A stretch of DNA of 64,000 bases from Clostridia bacterium. Lineage in GTDB: Bacteria > Bacillota > Clostridia > UMGS1883 > UMGS1540. This document shows, in pieces, positions 39,567 through 48,495 of this stretch (the first letter of the stretch is position 1; every line of letters begins with the position of its first letter). The notes below the pieces were generated by a model. It was not told where the DNA came from. It saw only the letters and a program-made list of their open reading frames with translations, and made no database searches. The stretch spans positions 24,360-88,359 of the forward strand of contig JAFSCR010000029.1 in NCBI GenBank assembly GCA_017436645.1, read 5' to 3'. Position numbers and translations under genes: made by a program.

Positions 39567-41441
39567 TTATACCTCCTTTATGGCTTTGAATGCACAAGCG
39601 GTAATACAGCTGCCGCAACGGATACACTTGGAAAGATCAATAGTAAAGGGTTCTTTGATTTTTCCGCTGATGGCTTCCACAGGGCACTGACGTGCACACT
39701 TGGAGCATCCCTTACAAAGCTCGGGGTCAATTACGATTTGCTTCAGTTTCTGGCATGCACCTGCAGGGCAACGTTTTTCGTAAATGTGTGCTTCGTATTC
39801 TTCACGGAAATTCCTGATGGTGCTGACAACGGGAGACGGTGCACTCTTACCAAGACCGCAAAGTGCTGTGGCGGAAATGGTGTCGGCAAGCTCTAAAAGG
39901 AGCTCGATGTCGCCGTCCTGCCCTTCCCCTGCAACGATTCTCTCGAGAATACCGAGCATACGCTTTGTGCCTTCTCTGCAGGGAACACACTTACCGCAGG
40001 ATTCGTTCTGGGTAAAGTTCATAAAGAAACGTGCAACTTCAACCATACAGGTATGGGAGTCCATAACAACAAGACCGCCGGAGCCAATCATGGCGCCTAC
40101 TTTTTTGAGGTTATCAAAATCAAGCGGCAGGTCAAGATGTTCTTTCGTAAGACATGCACCGGAGGGACCGCCGATCTGAACAGCTTTAAATTCCCCATCA
40201 CCACGCATGCCACCGCCGATATCAAAAATAATCTTGCGGAGGGTTGTGCCCATGGGCACTTCAATAAGGCCGGTGTTTGCAATATTACCGGTTAAGGCAA
40301 ATGCCTTTGTGCCGGAGCTTGTCTCCGTGCCGAGGCCTAAGTACCAATCGGCACCACGGTTTATAATCTCTGCAACGTTTGCATAGGTTTCAACGTTATT
40401 GAGTACGGTAGGCTTATCGAAAAGGCCGTGTTCCGTCGTACGGGGCGGTTTTACACGGGGGAAGCCACGTTTACCTTCAATGGAAGCGGTAAGCGCACTG
40501 CCTTCACCGCAAACGAATGCACCTGCGCCACGGCTGATGTGCATACGGAAGGAGAAATCGGTGCCTAAAATATGGTCGCCCAAAAGTCCCAGTTCTTCTG
40601 CCTGACGGATTGCGGTACGCATTCTTTCAACAGCAAGGGGGTATTCGGCACGAACGTATATGTACCCTTCGGAAGCGCCACAGGCAACACCTGCAATCAT
40701 CATGCCTTCCAGCATTCTGTGGGGGTCACCTTCCATGATGCTTCTGTCCATAAATGCACCCGGGTCGCCTTCGTCACCGTTACATACAACGTATTTGATA
40801 AGTTCTTTCTGGCGCTTTACTTGTTCCCACTTTCTGCCTGTGGGGAAGCCGCCGCCGCCACGGCCACGAAGGTTGGACTTTGTGATTTCGGAAACGATAT
40901 CGTCCTGTGTCATATCGAAAAGGGCTTTTTCAAATGCAGTATAGCCGCCGATTGCCATATAAGCACGAATGGATTCCGCATCAATTTTACCGCAGTGTTC
41001 GAGTACAACACGGGTCTGCTGCTTATAAAAAGGAATATCGTCCTGCTTTGCATAGGATACGCCGTCTTTTTTGCAGGCAAGGCGCTCAATGTGCTCGCCG
41101 CCGATAATGGTTTTTTCTAAAATTTCTTCGCAGTCCTCTACTTTTACTTTTGTGTAAAGCCAGCCCTGCGGGTCAATGCGAAGAAGGGGGCCCATTTCGC
41201 AAAAGCCGTGACAGCCGCTCTTGTTAAGCGCTACGCTTTCGCCGTGGGGATCTACTTCCAGTTCAACGGAAACGGGAATATTCTTTTCTGCGGCAAGGGC
41301 ACGGAGTCTGTCATAAATTTTCAGCGAACCGCCTGCCACACAACCCGTACCTGCACAAACGATGATTTTCTTTTCCTGCAGGTCGTATGCCTTTTTGGCA
41401 TTTTCACGGAAGGCGATTAACTCCTGTCTGTTTTTAAGCAT
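39567..41441 (-). CDS. hydB: NuoF-like flavoprotein subunit of HydABC (NAD(H)/FMN-binding, Fe-S)
   Basis: GRGGGGFPTGRKWE FMN/NADH motif and ESCGKCVPCREG. There is a C-terminal 2x[4Fe-4S] ferredoxin domain. Confidence 0.9.
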   Translation of the reverse strand: MLKNRQELIAFRENAKKAYDLQEKKIIVCAGTGCVAGGSLKIYDRLRALAAEKNIPVSVELEVDPHGESVALNKSGCHGFCEMGPLLRIDPQGWLYTKVKVEDCEEILEKTIIGGEHIERLACKKDGVSYAKQDDIPFYKQQTRVVLEHCGKIDAESIRAYMAIGGYTAFEKALFDMTQDDIVSEITKSNLRGRGGGGFPTGRKWEQVKRQKELIKYVVCNGDEGDPGAFMDRSIMEGDPHRMLEGMMIAGVACGASEGYIYVRAEYPLAVERMRTAIRQAEELGLLGDHILGTDFSFRMHISRGAGAFVCGEGSALTASIEGKRGFPRVKPPRTTEHGLFDKPTVLNNVETYANVAEIINRGADWYLGLGTETSSGTKAFALTGNIANTGLIEVPMGTTLRKIIFDIGGGMRGDGEFKAVQIGGPSGACLTKEHLDLPLDFDNLKKVGAMIGSGGLVVMDSHTCMVEVARFFMNFTQNESCGKCVPCREGTKRMLGILERIVAGEGQDGDIELLLELADTISATALCGLGKSAPSPVVSTIRNFREEYEAHIYEKRCPAGACQKLKQIVIDPELCKGCSKCARQCPVEAISGKIKEPFTIDLSKCIRCGSCITACAFKAIKEV

Positions 41442-41919
41442 TGGCGATTTCCTCCTTCAGTGTTTTTAAAAGTTCGGAAGCCTTGTCGGGCGTCATAGCG
41501 GAGTAAACCACATCATTAACGGTCAAAACAGGTGCAAGGCCGCATGCGCCGAGGCAGGAAACCGTTTCAACGGTAAACATCAAATCGTCCGTGGTCTTCT
41601 TTTCTTCGCTAAGACCCAGCTCCTGACGGAGACGCTCTAAAATCGGAACGGATTTTCGCACATGGCAAGCCGTGCCGTCACAAATTTTAATAACGTATTT
41701 TCCTTTCGGTGCAAGGGAAAAGTTTTCATAGAACGTTGCAACGCTGAAAATTCTTGCTTCGCTCATGCCAAGTTCCTCGGCAAGATAAGGGAAAATTTCG
41801 CGGGGAAGATAATGATATTCTTCCTGAATTTCCTGCAAAATCGCAATGATTGCCTGCTGCTTTTTCTCATGCAGCGCCAGGATTTTGTCAACAACTGAAA
41901 AATCAAACTGCTCTTTCAT
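41434..41919 (-). CDS. hydC: NuoE-like [2Fe-2S] subunit of HydABC
   Basis: 161 aa with a CDGTACHV...VSCLGACGLAP cysteine pattern. Confidence 0.9.
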   Translation of the reverse strand: MKEQFDFSVVDKILALHEKKQQAIIAILQEIQEEYHYLPREIFPYLAEELGMSEARIFSVATFYENFSLAPKGKYVIKICDGTACHVRKSVPILERLRQELGLSEEKKTTDDLMFTVETVSCLGACGLAPVLTVNDVVYSAMTPDKASELLKTLKEEIANA

Positions 41920-41936
41920 GTTTCTACTCCTTCACT

Positions 41937-43352
41937 TTACTTTTTCATAAGGTATGCATCTATGGCACTTGCCGCCGTTTTCCCTGCACCCATGGCGGAG
42001 ATTACGGTTGCGGCGCCTGTTACGGCATCACCGCCGGCATATACGCCTTCTTTAGAGGTTGCACCTTCTTCTGTAACAATAATGCCGCCTCTTGTGTTTA
42101 CTTCGAGGCCTTTTGTTGTATCTTTTATGAGGGGGTTGGGAGAGGTGCCGATGGACATGATAACCGTATCCACATCCAGCACAAAATCGGAATCGGGCAC
42201 TGCAACCGGTCTTCTTCTGCCCTTTTCGTCCGGCTCTCCAAGTTCCATTTTAATGCACCGCATGCCGGTAACAAATCCGTTTCTCGGATCTCTCGGGTCG
42301 TCGGGGTTCTCAAAGCCTAATATTTCCACAGGATTTGTCAGAAGGCGGAAATCGATACCTTCCTCCATGGCGTGCTCCACTTCTTCTTTTCTTGCAGGAA
42401 GTTCTTCCATAGAGCGGCGATAAACAATATATACTTTTTCAGCGCCGAGGCGAAGTGCCGTTCTTGCAGCGTCCATGGCAACGTTGCCACCGCCGACGAC
42501 TGCTACCTTACCGCCCTTCATAATGGGGGTAGTGCTGTCTTCCCTGTAGGCTTTCATAAGGTTACTTCTTGTCAGATATTCATTGGCGGAATATACGCCT
42601 TTTAAAGATTCGCCCGGAATATTCATAAAGTTCGGGAGACCTGCGCCGGAGCCTACAAATACGGCTTCAAAGCCCATGTCAAAAAGCTCATCTATCGTAA
42701 GCGTTTTCCCGATAACTACGTTTGTTTCTACTTTTACACCAAGGTCACGAAGGGTGTCTACTTCCTTTGCAACAATGCTTTTGGGAAGGCGGAATTCGGG
42801 AATACCGTATACAAGAACGCCGCCGGCTGTGTGGAAGGCTTCGTAAACCGTAACGTCATAACCTTTCTTTGCAAGGTCGCCGGCACAAGTAAGGCCGGAA
42901 GGACCGGAGCCGACTATGGCAACCTTCTTTCCGTTCGAGGCAGGCTTTTCAGGCTTTTCTTTTGCATTTTCGTTATGCCAGTCTGCCACAAACCGTTCGA
43001 GACGGCCAATGCCTACAGGCTCAAATTTAATGCCGAGGGTGCACTTACTTTCACACTGGGTTTCCTGCGGACATACTCTGCCGCAAACAGCAGGCAGAGA
43101 GGAAGTTTGGCTGATTACCTGATAGGCACCCTCAAAATCACCGTTTTTAATATGGCTGATAAAATCGGGTATCTGAATATTTACGGGGCAGCCCATAACA
43201 CAGGGCTGATTTTTACAGTTTAAGCAGCGATTTGCTTCGCCGATTGCCATTTCCGCAGTGTACCCGAGCGCAACTTCTTTGAAATTGCGGGCACGTACTT
43301 CGGGCGCTTGGGTCGGCATTTCATGTTTCTTCGGCTCAATTGCCATTTTCAT
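41937..43352 (-). CDS. nfnB: NfnB / GltD-like NADPH-dependent oxidoreductase large subunit
   Basis: 471 aa. N-terminal 2x[4Fe-4S] motifs (CLNCKNQPC, CGRVCPQETQCESKC), then FAD/NAD(P) Rossmann folds (VAIVGSGPSGL, VAVVGGGNVAMD). Confidence 0.85.
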   Translation of the reverse strand: MKMAIEPKKHEMPTQAPEVRARNFKEVALGYTAEMAIGEANRCLNCKNQPCVMGCPVNIQIPDFISHIKNGDFEGAYQVISQTSSLPAVCGRVCPQETQCESKCTLGIKFEPVGIGRLERFVADWHNENAKEKPEKPASNGKKVAIVGSGPSGLTCAGDLAKKGYDVTVYEAFHTAGGVLVYGIPEFRLPKSIVAKEVDTLRDLGVKVETNVVIGKTLTIDELFDMGFEAVFVGSGAGLPNFMNIPGESLKGVYSANEYLTRSNLMKAYREDSTTPIMKGGKVAVVGGGNVAMDAARTALRLGAEKVYIVYRRSMEELPARKEEVEHAMEEGIDFRLLTNPVEILGFENPDDPRDPRNGFVTGMRCIKMELGEPDEKGRRRPVAVPDSDFVLDVDTVIMSIGTSPNPLIKDTTKGLEVNTRGGIIVTEEGATSKEGVYAGGDAVTGAATVISAMGAGKTAASAIDAYLMKK

Positions 43353-43360
43353 TTCCTCCC

Positions 43361-44209
43361 TTACGCATTTTTAAATAAGTTACATGCCGCATCGTGGGCA
43401 TGGCGTTCAAAATCTGCATACATTCTGCCGCGGGACATGGCTTCATCGAAATCAATTTCGTAGGCGTTGAATTCGGGGCCGTCCACACATGCAAACTTCG
43501 TAATCTTTTCACCGTCACGGTTTAAGGTGAGACGGCAACCGCCGCACATCCCCGTACCGTCAATCATAACAGGGTTCATGGATGCTGTTACGGGAACACC
43601 GTAAGGCTTTGCCGTAAGCGTTACAAACTTCATCATGATAAGCGGACCGATGGTAATAATCATATCAAATTTTTCGCCGCCGTCCAGAAGTTCTTTTAAG
43701 GGAACGGTGACGTTACCGTGCCGGCCGTAAGACCCATCATCCGTCATAAGGATAAGGTTATCTGAACAGGCTTTGAATTCATCTTCTAAAATTACAAGAT
43801 TTTTATCACGGAAGCCGATAATGCTCGTAACAGATGCGCCGAGGCGGTGGAATTCTTCCGCTACGGGCATGGCAATTGCACATCCAACGCCGCCGCCCAC
43901 GATACAAACCTTTTTAATGCCTTCCGTATGGGTGGCACGGCCTAAAGGACCGACGAAGTCTTCAATAAATTCGCCTTCCTTTTTCAGCCCCAGATACTTC
44001 GTGGTGGCACCGACAAGCTGGAAAATAATTTTAACCGTGCCTTCCATGGGATTTGTGCCGGCAACGGTTAAGGGAATTCTCTCCCCGTCTGCACTGACGC
44101 GCAGTATAATAAACTGACCCGGTTTTGCCTTTGCGGCAACGAGGGGTGCTAAAATTTCCATTTGCACAACGGTGGGATTCAGTTCCTTTTTTCGTACAAT
44201 TTTATACAT
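43361..44209 (-). CDS. nfnA: NfnA / PyrK-like FAD and [2Fe-2S] small subunit
   Basis: MYKIVRKKELNPTVVQMEILAP start after AGGAGA. C-terminal CGGC...C cluster (GTGMCGGCRL). Confidence 0.85.
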   Translation of the reverse strand: MYKIVRKKELNPTVVQMEILAPLVAAKAKPGQFIILRVSADGERIPLTVAGTNPMEGTVKIIFQLVGATTKYLGLKKEGEFIEDFVGPLGRATHTEGIKKVCIVGGGVGCAIAMPVAEEFHRLGASVTSIIGFRDKNLVILEDEFKACSDNLILMTDDGSYGRHGNVTVPLKELLDGGEKFDMIITIGPLIMMKFVTLTAKPYGVPVTASMNPVMIDGTGMCGGCRLTLNRDGEKITKFACVDGPEFNAYEIDFDEAMSRGRMYADFERHAHDAACNLFKNA

Positions 44210-44361
44210 GCCGTATCTCCTTCCTTTTCCGTTTATTCTATACCAAAACGCAGGCTCATACACAACGAAAGCGGCAACTTTTCATCTTTTAAAAATTGCT
44301 CGCTTTTCCCTAAAAATTCATATGGTGGGCATAACCCACGCCTCCTATTTTAATCTATCTT

Positions 44362-44390
44362 ATTATAAACCATTGTTAATTATTTGTCAA
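44362..44390 (-). promoter_or_regulatory. Consensus promoter of nfnAB-hydCBA, overlapped by a Rex-box-like palindrome
   Basis: On the minus strand: TTGACA (44390-44385), a 17-nt spacer, then TATAAT (44367-44362). The minus-strand sequence TTGACAAATAATTAACAA (44390-44373) matches the clostridial Rex consensus TTGTTAAnnnnTTAACAA at 12 of 14 defined positions. Confidence 0.65.
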
Positions 44391-44424
44391 TAGAAAAACT
44401 TTATATTTCTCGCCTTTTTTTAGG

Positions 44425-44852
44425 GGATAGGAAAAAATGTTCAGAATGAACAAACTGAGCCAAAGCCGTAGGCTTTGGGATACCCGAAGCTGTACTTCGT
44501 CAAAGCAAAGTCCACACGCTACATTTTACCGAATCGGTAAAAATCCGCTTTGCTTCCTTGCTTTTCCTCCTCCCCAAAAGTCCGGTGGACTTTCCGGGGC
44601 CCCCGAAAGTCGCAAGACTTTAAGGGGAAAAGGAGTAACCGAGCGAAAAGTGACTGTTTGCGAAAGCAAACGGAACATAAGCGAGAGTTGCGACGCCGCT
44701 GAGTGGCGAAGTTTGTTTTATAGCAAAAAGGCATATAAAAAAGAAAAACTTCAATTATTTGAAGTTTTTCTTCGTTTTAGTCACAACATCTATTTTTTAT
44801 GTCTTTATTTCTTTAAAAAATCTGTCTTTTTGCGGTCTGGACTTTTTTTACA
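44425..44852 (-). repeat. Modular structured repeat, long copy (L2), inverted relative to L1
   Basis: The reverse complement carries the same M1, M2, hairpin and M3 modules as 36053-36283. It also has an additional hairpin-rich arm of roughly 220 nt. Confidence 0.8.
44735..44771 (-). terminator. Terminator after the ceramidase-like gene
   Basis: GAAAAACTTCAA-TTAT-TTGAAGTTTTTC 12-bp stem, with a T-run on the minus strand. Confidence 0.8.
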
Positions 44853-44868
44853 GCCCCTTTTATGGTCA

Positions 44869-46197
44869 TTATTTCTTCATGGCAATGAGCTTTTCCGCCA
44901 TCATATAGCCGGCTTCCTTATCGAGCCGAGCAGAACCCGGGCGGGATTCATAAATCGTGTCATAGAACATATCCCGTGTGGGCACATAGCCGAAGGCATC
45001 ATTACAAAGCGTGGCAACGAGGGCTTTCCCTGTGCCGTCTCCCCGTTTTACAATCTTGCCGAATTCCGTAAAGATTTCGGAATTGAAACCGTAAATGGTA
45101 AATTCTCCAATCCCGATACACTGTACGGGAACGGAAAAAACTTCAGGCGTAGAATCGAGGAAGTTCACAAGCCGTTTTGCCATGGCCAGACGGTACTGCT
45201 CAGGATCTGTATTATCTGCCGAAATCTTAACACCTTTTTTCTCTTTGATTGTGCGGATGGCTTCTCTTGCATCTGCAATTTTTTCTTCGTCCACGTGGAT
45301 TCTCGGGATATCCAGATAGGCAAGTTCGGAATAAAGCCCCGTCTTTTCAAGCTTTTCTGCTTTTCCGGCAGTATTGACCGCTTCGCATGCAAGCTTCTTG
45401 CCCATTTTTACGTAGTGGTCCGGAGCGTCGGAAGCTTTGGAAACGTCAAAGTGATTTACATCTCCGGCGCAGCCGAGAAGAAATACCGTAACAAAGTCCT
45501 CGCCATATACTTTTTTCAGTTCCTTTTCGAGAATGGAAACATAATCCCCCGTAAGCTTTTCGCCGCTGACACAGTCTGCATGGCAGGCAAAGCCTAAAAT
45601 AGCACCGAAGGGGGTGCCGTTTTCATCCTTTACCATCAGAACGGGTAATTCCTTGTCCGATTCTGTTACAGAGCCGATAATGTCGGGACTTTGGCGAGGC
45701 GGATTTGTGCGGGGCGTGCCGTTTTTCATAAGATAATCCCTGCAGAAGGAAATGCCGTTTACTTCTCCCATGCCAAAATGCGGGAAGGCCGGACGAAGGC
45801 GTAACGAAGCAAGCGTTACACAGTCCGCCACAAGCTTTGCAAACAACTCGGGATAGCCTTCTGTATTCTTCGCACATGTTTCGTCATCCGCAAAGGCAAT
45901 CCCTTCAAAACGGAAGGGGAGGCCTGTGTGGGAATGGGTAAAGGCAATCATAACATTTTCACGGGGAATACCTGTAAATTCGGTAATGCGGTCTGTAATC
46001 AGGGCGCAGATATCCGTTTTGGGATGAAGACCGTCAATGGACAAAACAGCAACCTTCGTGTCCTGTTCTTTGATTACAACTGCACGGGCATAGAGCCTGT
46101 CGAGAACGTCACAGCCCCGTCTTATATTAAAATAGCCGGGAATACCGCACCCGAGGGGCGGCGTAATTTCTTTTTCATAAAAGCCGAATTCAAACAT
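44869..46197 (-). CDS. Neutral/alkaline ceramidase-superfamily-like hydrolase
   Basis: 442 aa. The N-terminal FGFYEKEITPPLGCGIPGYF...LYARAVVI...VAVLSIDG pattern is characteristic of this family. Confidence 0.6.
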   Translation of the reverse strand: MFEFGFYEKEITPPLGCGIPGYFNIRRGCDVLDRLYARAVVIKEQDTKVAVLSIDGLHPKTDICALITDRITEFTGIPRENVMIAFTHSHTGLPFRFEGIAFADDETCAKNTEGYPELFAKLVADCVTLASLRLRPAFPHFGMGEVNGISFCRDYLMKNGTPRTNPPRQSPDIIGSVTESDKELPVLMVKDENGTPFGAILGFACHADCVSGEKLTGDYVSILEKELKKVYGEDFVTVFLLGCAGDVNHFDVSKASDAPDHYVKMGKKLACEAVNTAGKAEKLEKTGLYSELAYLDIPRIHVDEEKIADAREAIRTIKEKKGVKISADNTDPEQYRLAMAKRLVNFLDSTPEVFSVPVQCIGIGEFTIYGFNSEIFTEFGKIVKRGDGTGKALVATLCNDAFGYVPTRDMFYDTIYESRPGSARLDKEAGYMMAEKLIAMKK

Positions 46198-46265
46198 TGT
46201 TCTTCCTCCTCAGAAAAAACAGACTGCGGCCCGAGGCCGCAGTCCGCATAATTGCATTGAAAGGA

Positions 46266-47240
46266 TTAATAGCCAACCTTTTCCCAGCATTCAAAGGGTG
46301 CAGCCAGTTCTTCACTGATATAAACCTGTGTTTTCTTGGTCTGGAGCATAGTGCTGGGGAGATAGGGTGTGATGGGGCCGTGTGTGCACAGACGGCTGGT
46401 CATTCTCTGCCAGGAAGAGAAGGTGCCGCATGTTGACAGTGCATGCACTTCAATTCTTTCCTTTGCGCGCATTACGTCTAAGGGACCGATGGTTGCGGCG
46501 CAGGGCGGAACGTTGGCAATATCACCGGACTGACCGAAGGTACCGTTTAAGGAGTTCTGCATAATGGTCATGGGGTGAAGCTTTACGATCTGTGCAGGCT
46601 GATTCAGCCATTCATCAATGTCACCGCTGCCGATAAATTCGGGAATGGGGTCAACAAATGCCATGTGACCTGCCCAACCGGGAGAGGTGGAAGCAATGTC
46701 AGCGCCTGTACCTTCCGTAATATCATCAATAATCTTGGAGTAATCCTTGATGTTTGCATTGGTGGGGAAGTGAACATTTTCCATGGGCATACGGAGCTTT
46801 TCATCAATCTGATAGTAAAGATACTTAATCATAGAATGTGCAAAGCCTGCTTCGTATGTAATGGGAGCAATGTTACCTGCTTCATCTGCCCATTCGTCTT
46901 CTGCTACAAGGTGAACCTTGGAGCAGTCAACCTGAAAGTAGTTAATGAGCTGTGCAAGCGGAATGTATGTGTCGGGTTCGGGGTTTCCGAGAATCATTGT
47001 AAAGCTCTTTCCGGCTTCAGATGCAGCCTTGAGGCGGGAAAAGAGTGTGGCAATGAGAACGGGATGGGGGTTCATCATAACCTTTACGTTAAATTCCGGA
47101 TGCCACCAGTCTTCTCTCTTTTCAAGGTCCTTGCCGCTGAGAGAACGAACATAGTCGCAAACCTTTTTGTCCTTAAAAGGCACAAACTCATGGGGCTGAA
47201 AATCAAATTTTGTTGCCGGATCGGTAATAAAATCACGCAT
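46266..47240 (-). CDS. Glucosamine-6-phosphate deaminase/isomerase (NagB superfamily)-like protein
   Basis: 324 aa with a TMILGNPEPDTYIPLAQL...VHLVAEDEW pattern. Overlaps the upstream nagA-like stop. Confidence 0.5.
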   Translation of the reverse strand: MRDFITDPATKFDFQPHEFVPFKDKKVCDYVRSLSGKDLEKREDWWHPEFNVKVMMNPHPVLIATLFSRLKAASEAGKSFTMILGNPEPDTYIPLAQLINYFQVDCSKVHLVAEDEWADEAGNIAPITYEAGFAHSMIKYLYYQIDEKLRMPMENVHFPTNANIKDYSKIIDDITEGTGADIASTSPGWAGHMAFVDPIPEFIGSGDIDEWLNQPAQIVKLHPMTIMQNSLNGTFGQSGDIANVPPCAATIGPLDVMRAKERIEVHALSTCGTFSSWQRMTSRLCTHGPITPYLPSTMLQTKKTQVYISEELAAPFECWEKVGY

Positions 47241-48378
47241 TTTCTTCTTCTCCTTTTAAAATTGTATTTTTAACATTGAACCATTGGTCTACAATGATTA
47301 TGTTCGCAATATTGCCCTTTTTAATTTCGCCGTATTCCGGGAGATTCAAAAGGGTTGCCGGGTTTTTCGAAGCATACCGGAACACATCGCAAACGGATGC
47401 GCCCGTATGCACCATCATGTTGCGGCAGGCAATATCGAGGGTGAGTTTTGACCCTGCAATGTCACCGCCATGGTCAAAGTTTATATCAAATGCATCCTCA
47501 AGACCGGGAATGGGCGGCCCGTCCGCCACAAAGGCATCGGCGATGAGAATGATTTTATCCTGCCCTTTAATTTTTTTGATAAGGCGAATCATATAAGGAT
47601 GCACGTGAACGCCTTTGGAATCACAAATGAGCTCTGCATAAATGCCATCATTGAAGTTTACCGTTTCATCCACACATACGCCACGGACTTCGGGGTAGTT
47701 TTCGAGGGTGCCCGTTGCATTTGTATGGTGGGTGCCGAGTCTGAGACCATAGGGCATGAGGGCTTCGATTTGTTCAGGTGTAGCCTCCGAATGGGCAACA
47801 GAGAATACAATTTCGGGAATTTCCCGTTTTACATATTTTACAAAATCTACGATGCCTTCCCTCTCGGGTGCTACACACCAGACCTTTGCCATGTCACGGG
47901 CGGCCTCCACAATTTCGGCATAGTCTTTTTCAAGAATTGCATCTTTCCAGACGTTTTTTTCTTTATCACAGCCAAAGTCCGGATTTAAGTAGGGCCCTTC
48001 CATGTATACGCCGAGGAGATTTTTGCATTCTCCCATTTCTTTTGCCGCTTTGAATTTACGGATAGCTTCAAGATGCTCCTCTTTATTCATACTGTAAAAA
48101 AGCGCAGGCAGCACGCTTGTAACACCATGAGACAGCAGCGTGCGGCTGCATTTTATGGGGTCCTCATGGAAATAGGTTTCTCCATCGCCATGGGTGTGAA
48201 TATCAATAAGGCCGGGGCCGACAAAGTTCCCTTCCGCATCTATAATTTCGCAGCCATCGGGGATTTTGATATCCTTTGCCGCACCGAAATCTGCGATTTT
48301 TCCGTTTTCCATCAGGAGAACGCCATTGGGAACATAATGGTCTTTTAAACAAAGCACCGCATTGATGATTGCTTTCAT
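47233..48378 (-). CDS. nagA: N-acetylglucosamine-6-phosphate deacetylase-like amidohydrolase
   Basis: GPGLIDIHTHG metal-binding motif. Contains a later AHSEAT motif. About 380 aa. Confidence 0.75.
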   Translation of the reverse strand: MKAIINAVLCLKDHYVPNGVLLMENGKIADFGAAKDIKIPDGCEIIDAEGNFVGPGLIDIHTHGDGETYFHEDPIKCSRTLLSHGVTSVLPALFYSMNKEEHLEAIRKFKAAKEMGECKNLLGVYMEGPYLNPDFGCDKEKNVWKDAILEKDYAEIVEAARDMAKVWCVAPEREGIVDFVKYVKREIPEIVFSVAHSEATPEQIEALMPYGLRLGTHHTNATGTLENYPEVRGVCVDETVNFNDGIYAELICDSKGVHVHPYMIRLIKKIKGQDKIILIADAFVADGPPIPGLEDAFDINFDHGGDIAGSKLTLDIACRNMMVHTGASVCDVFRYASKNPATLLNLPEYGEIKKGNIANIIIVDQWFNVKNTILKGEEENA

Positions 48379-48495
48379 TTTTTCTGTCCCCCACCCTCAC
48401 AAAATAATTATTTTTATTTATTATACTATAAACAAAAAATTTTTTCAATAGCTTTCTGATAGATTTCTGATTTTTTTCGATTTATTTTCGGTTCT

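Noticed and set aside
36284-44424. Composite transposon carrying hyd/nfn genes
   Set aside because: No transposase, integrase or target-site duplication was detected. The inverted repeats are modular and include the terminators of the outside genes. The observation is kept only as a hypothesis of inversion or past rearrangement.
44437-45597. 386-aa plus-strand ORF starting inside repeat L2
   Set aside because: It reads through the hairpin-rich repeat and a terminator and then runs antisense to the ceramidase-like gene. The translation has no domain-like features.
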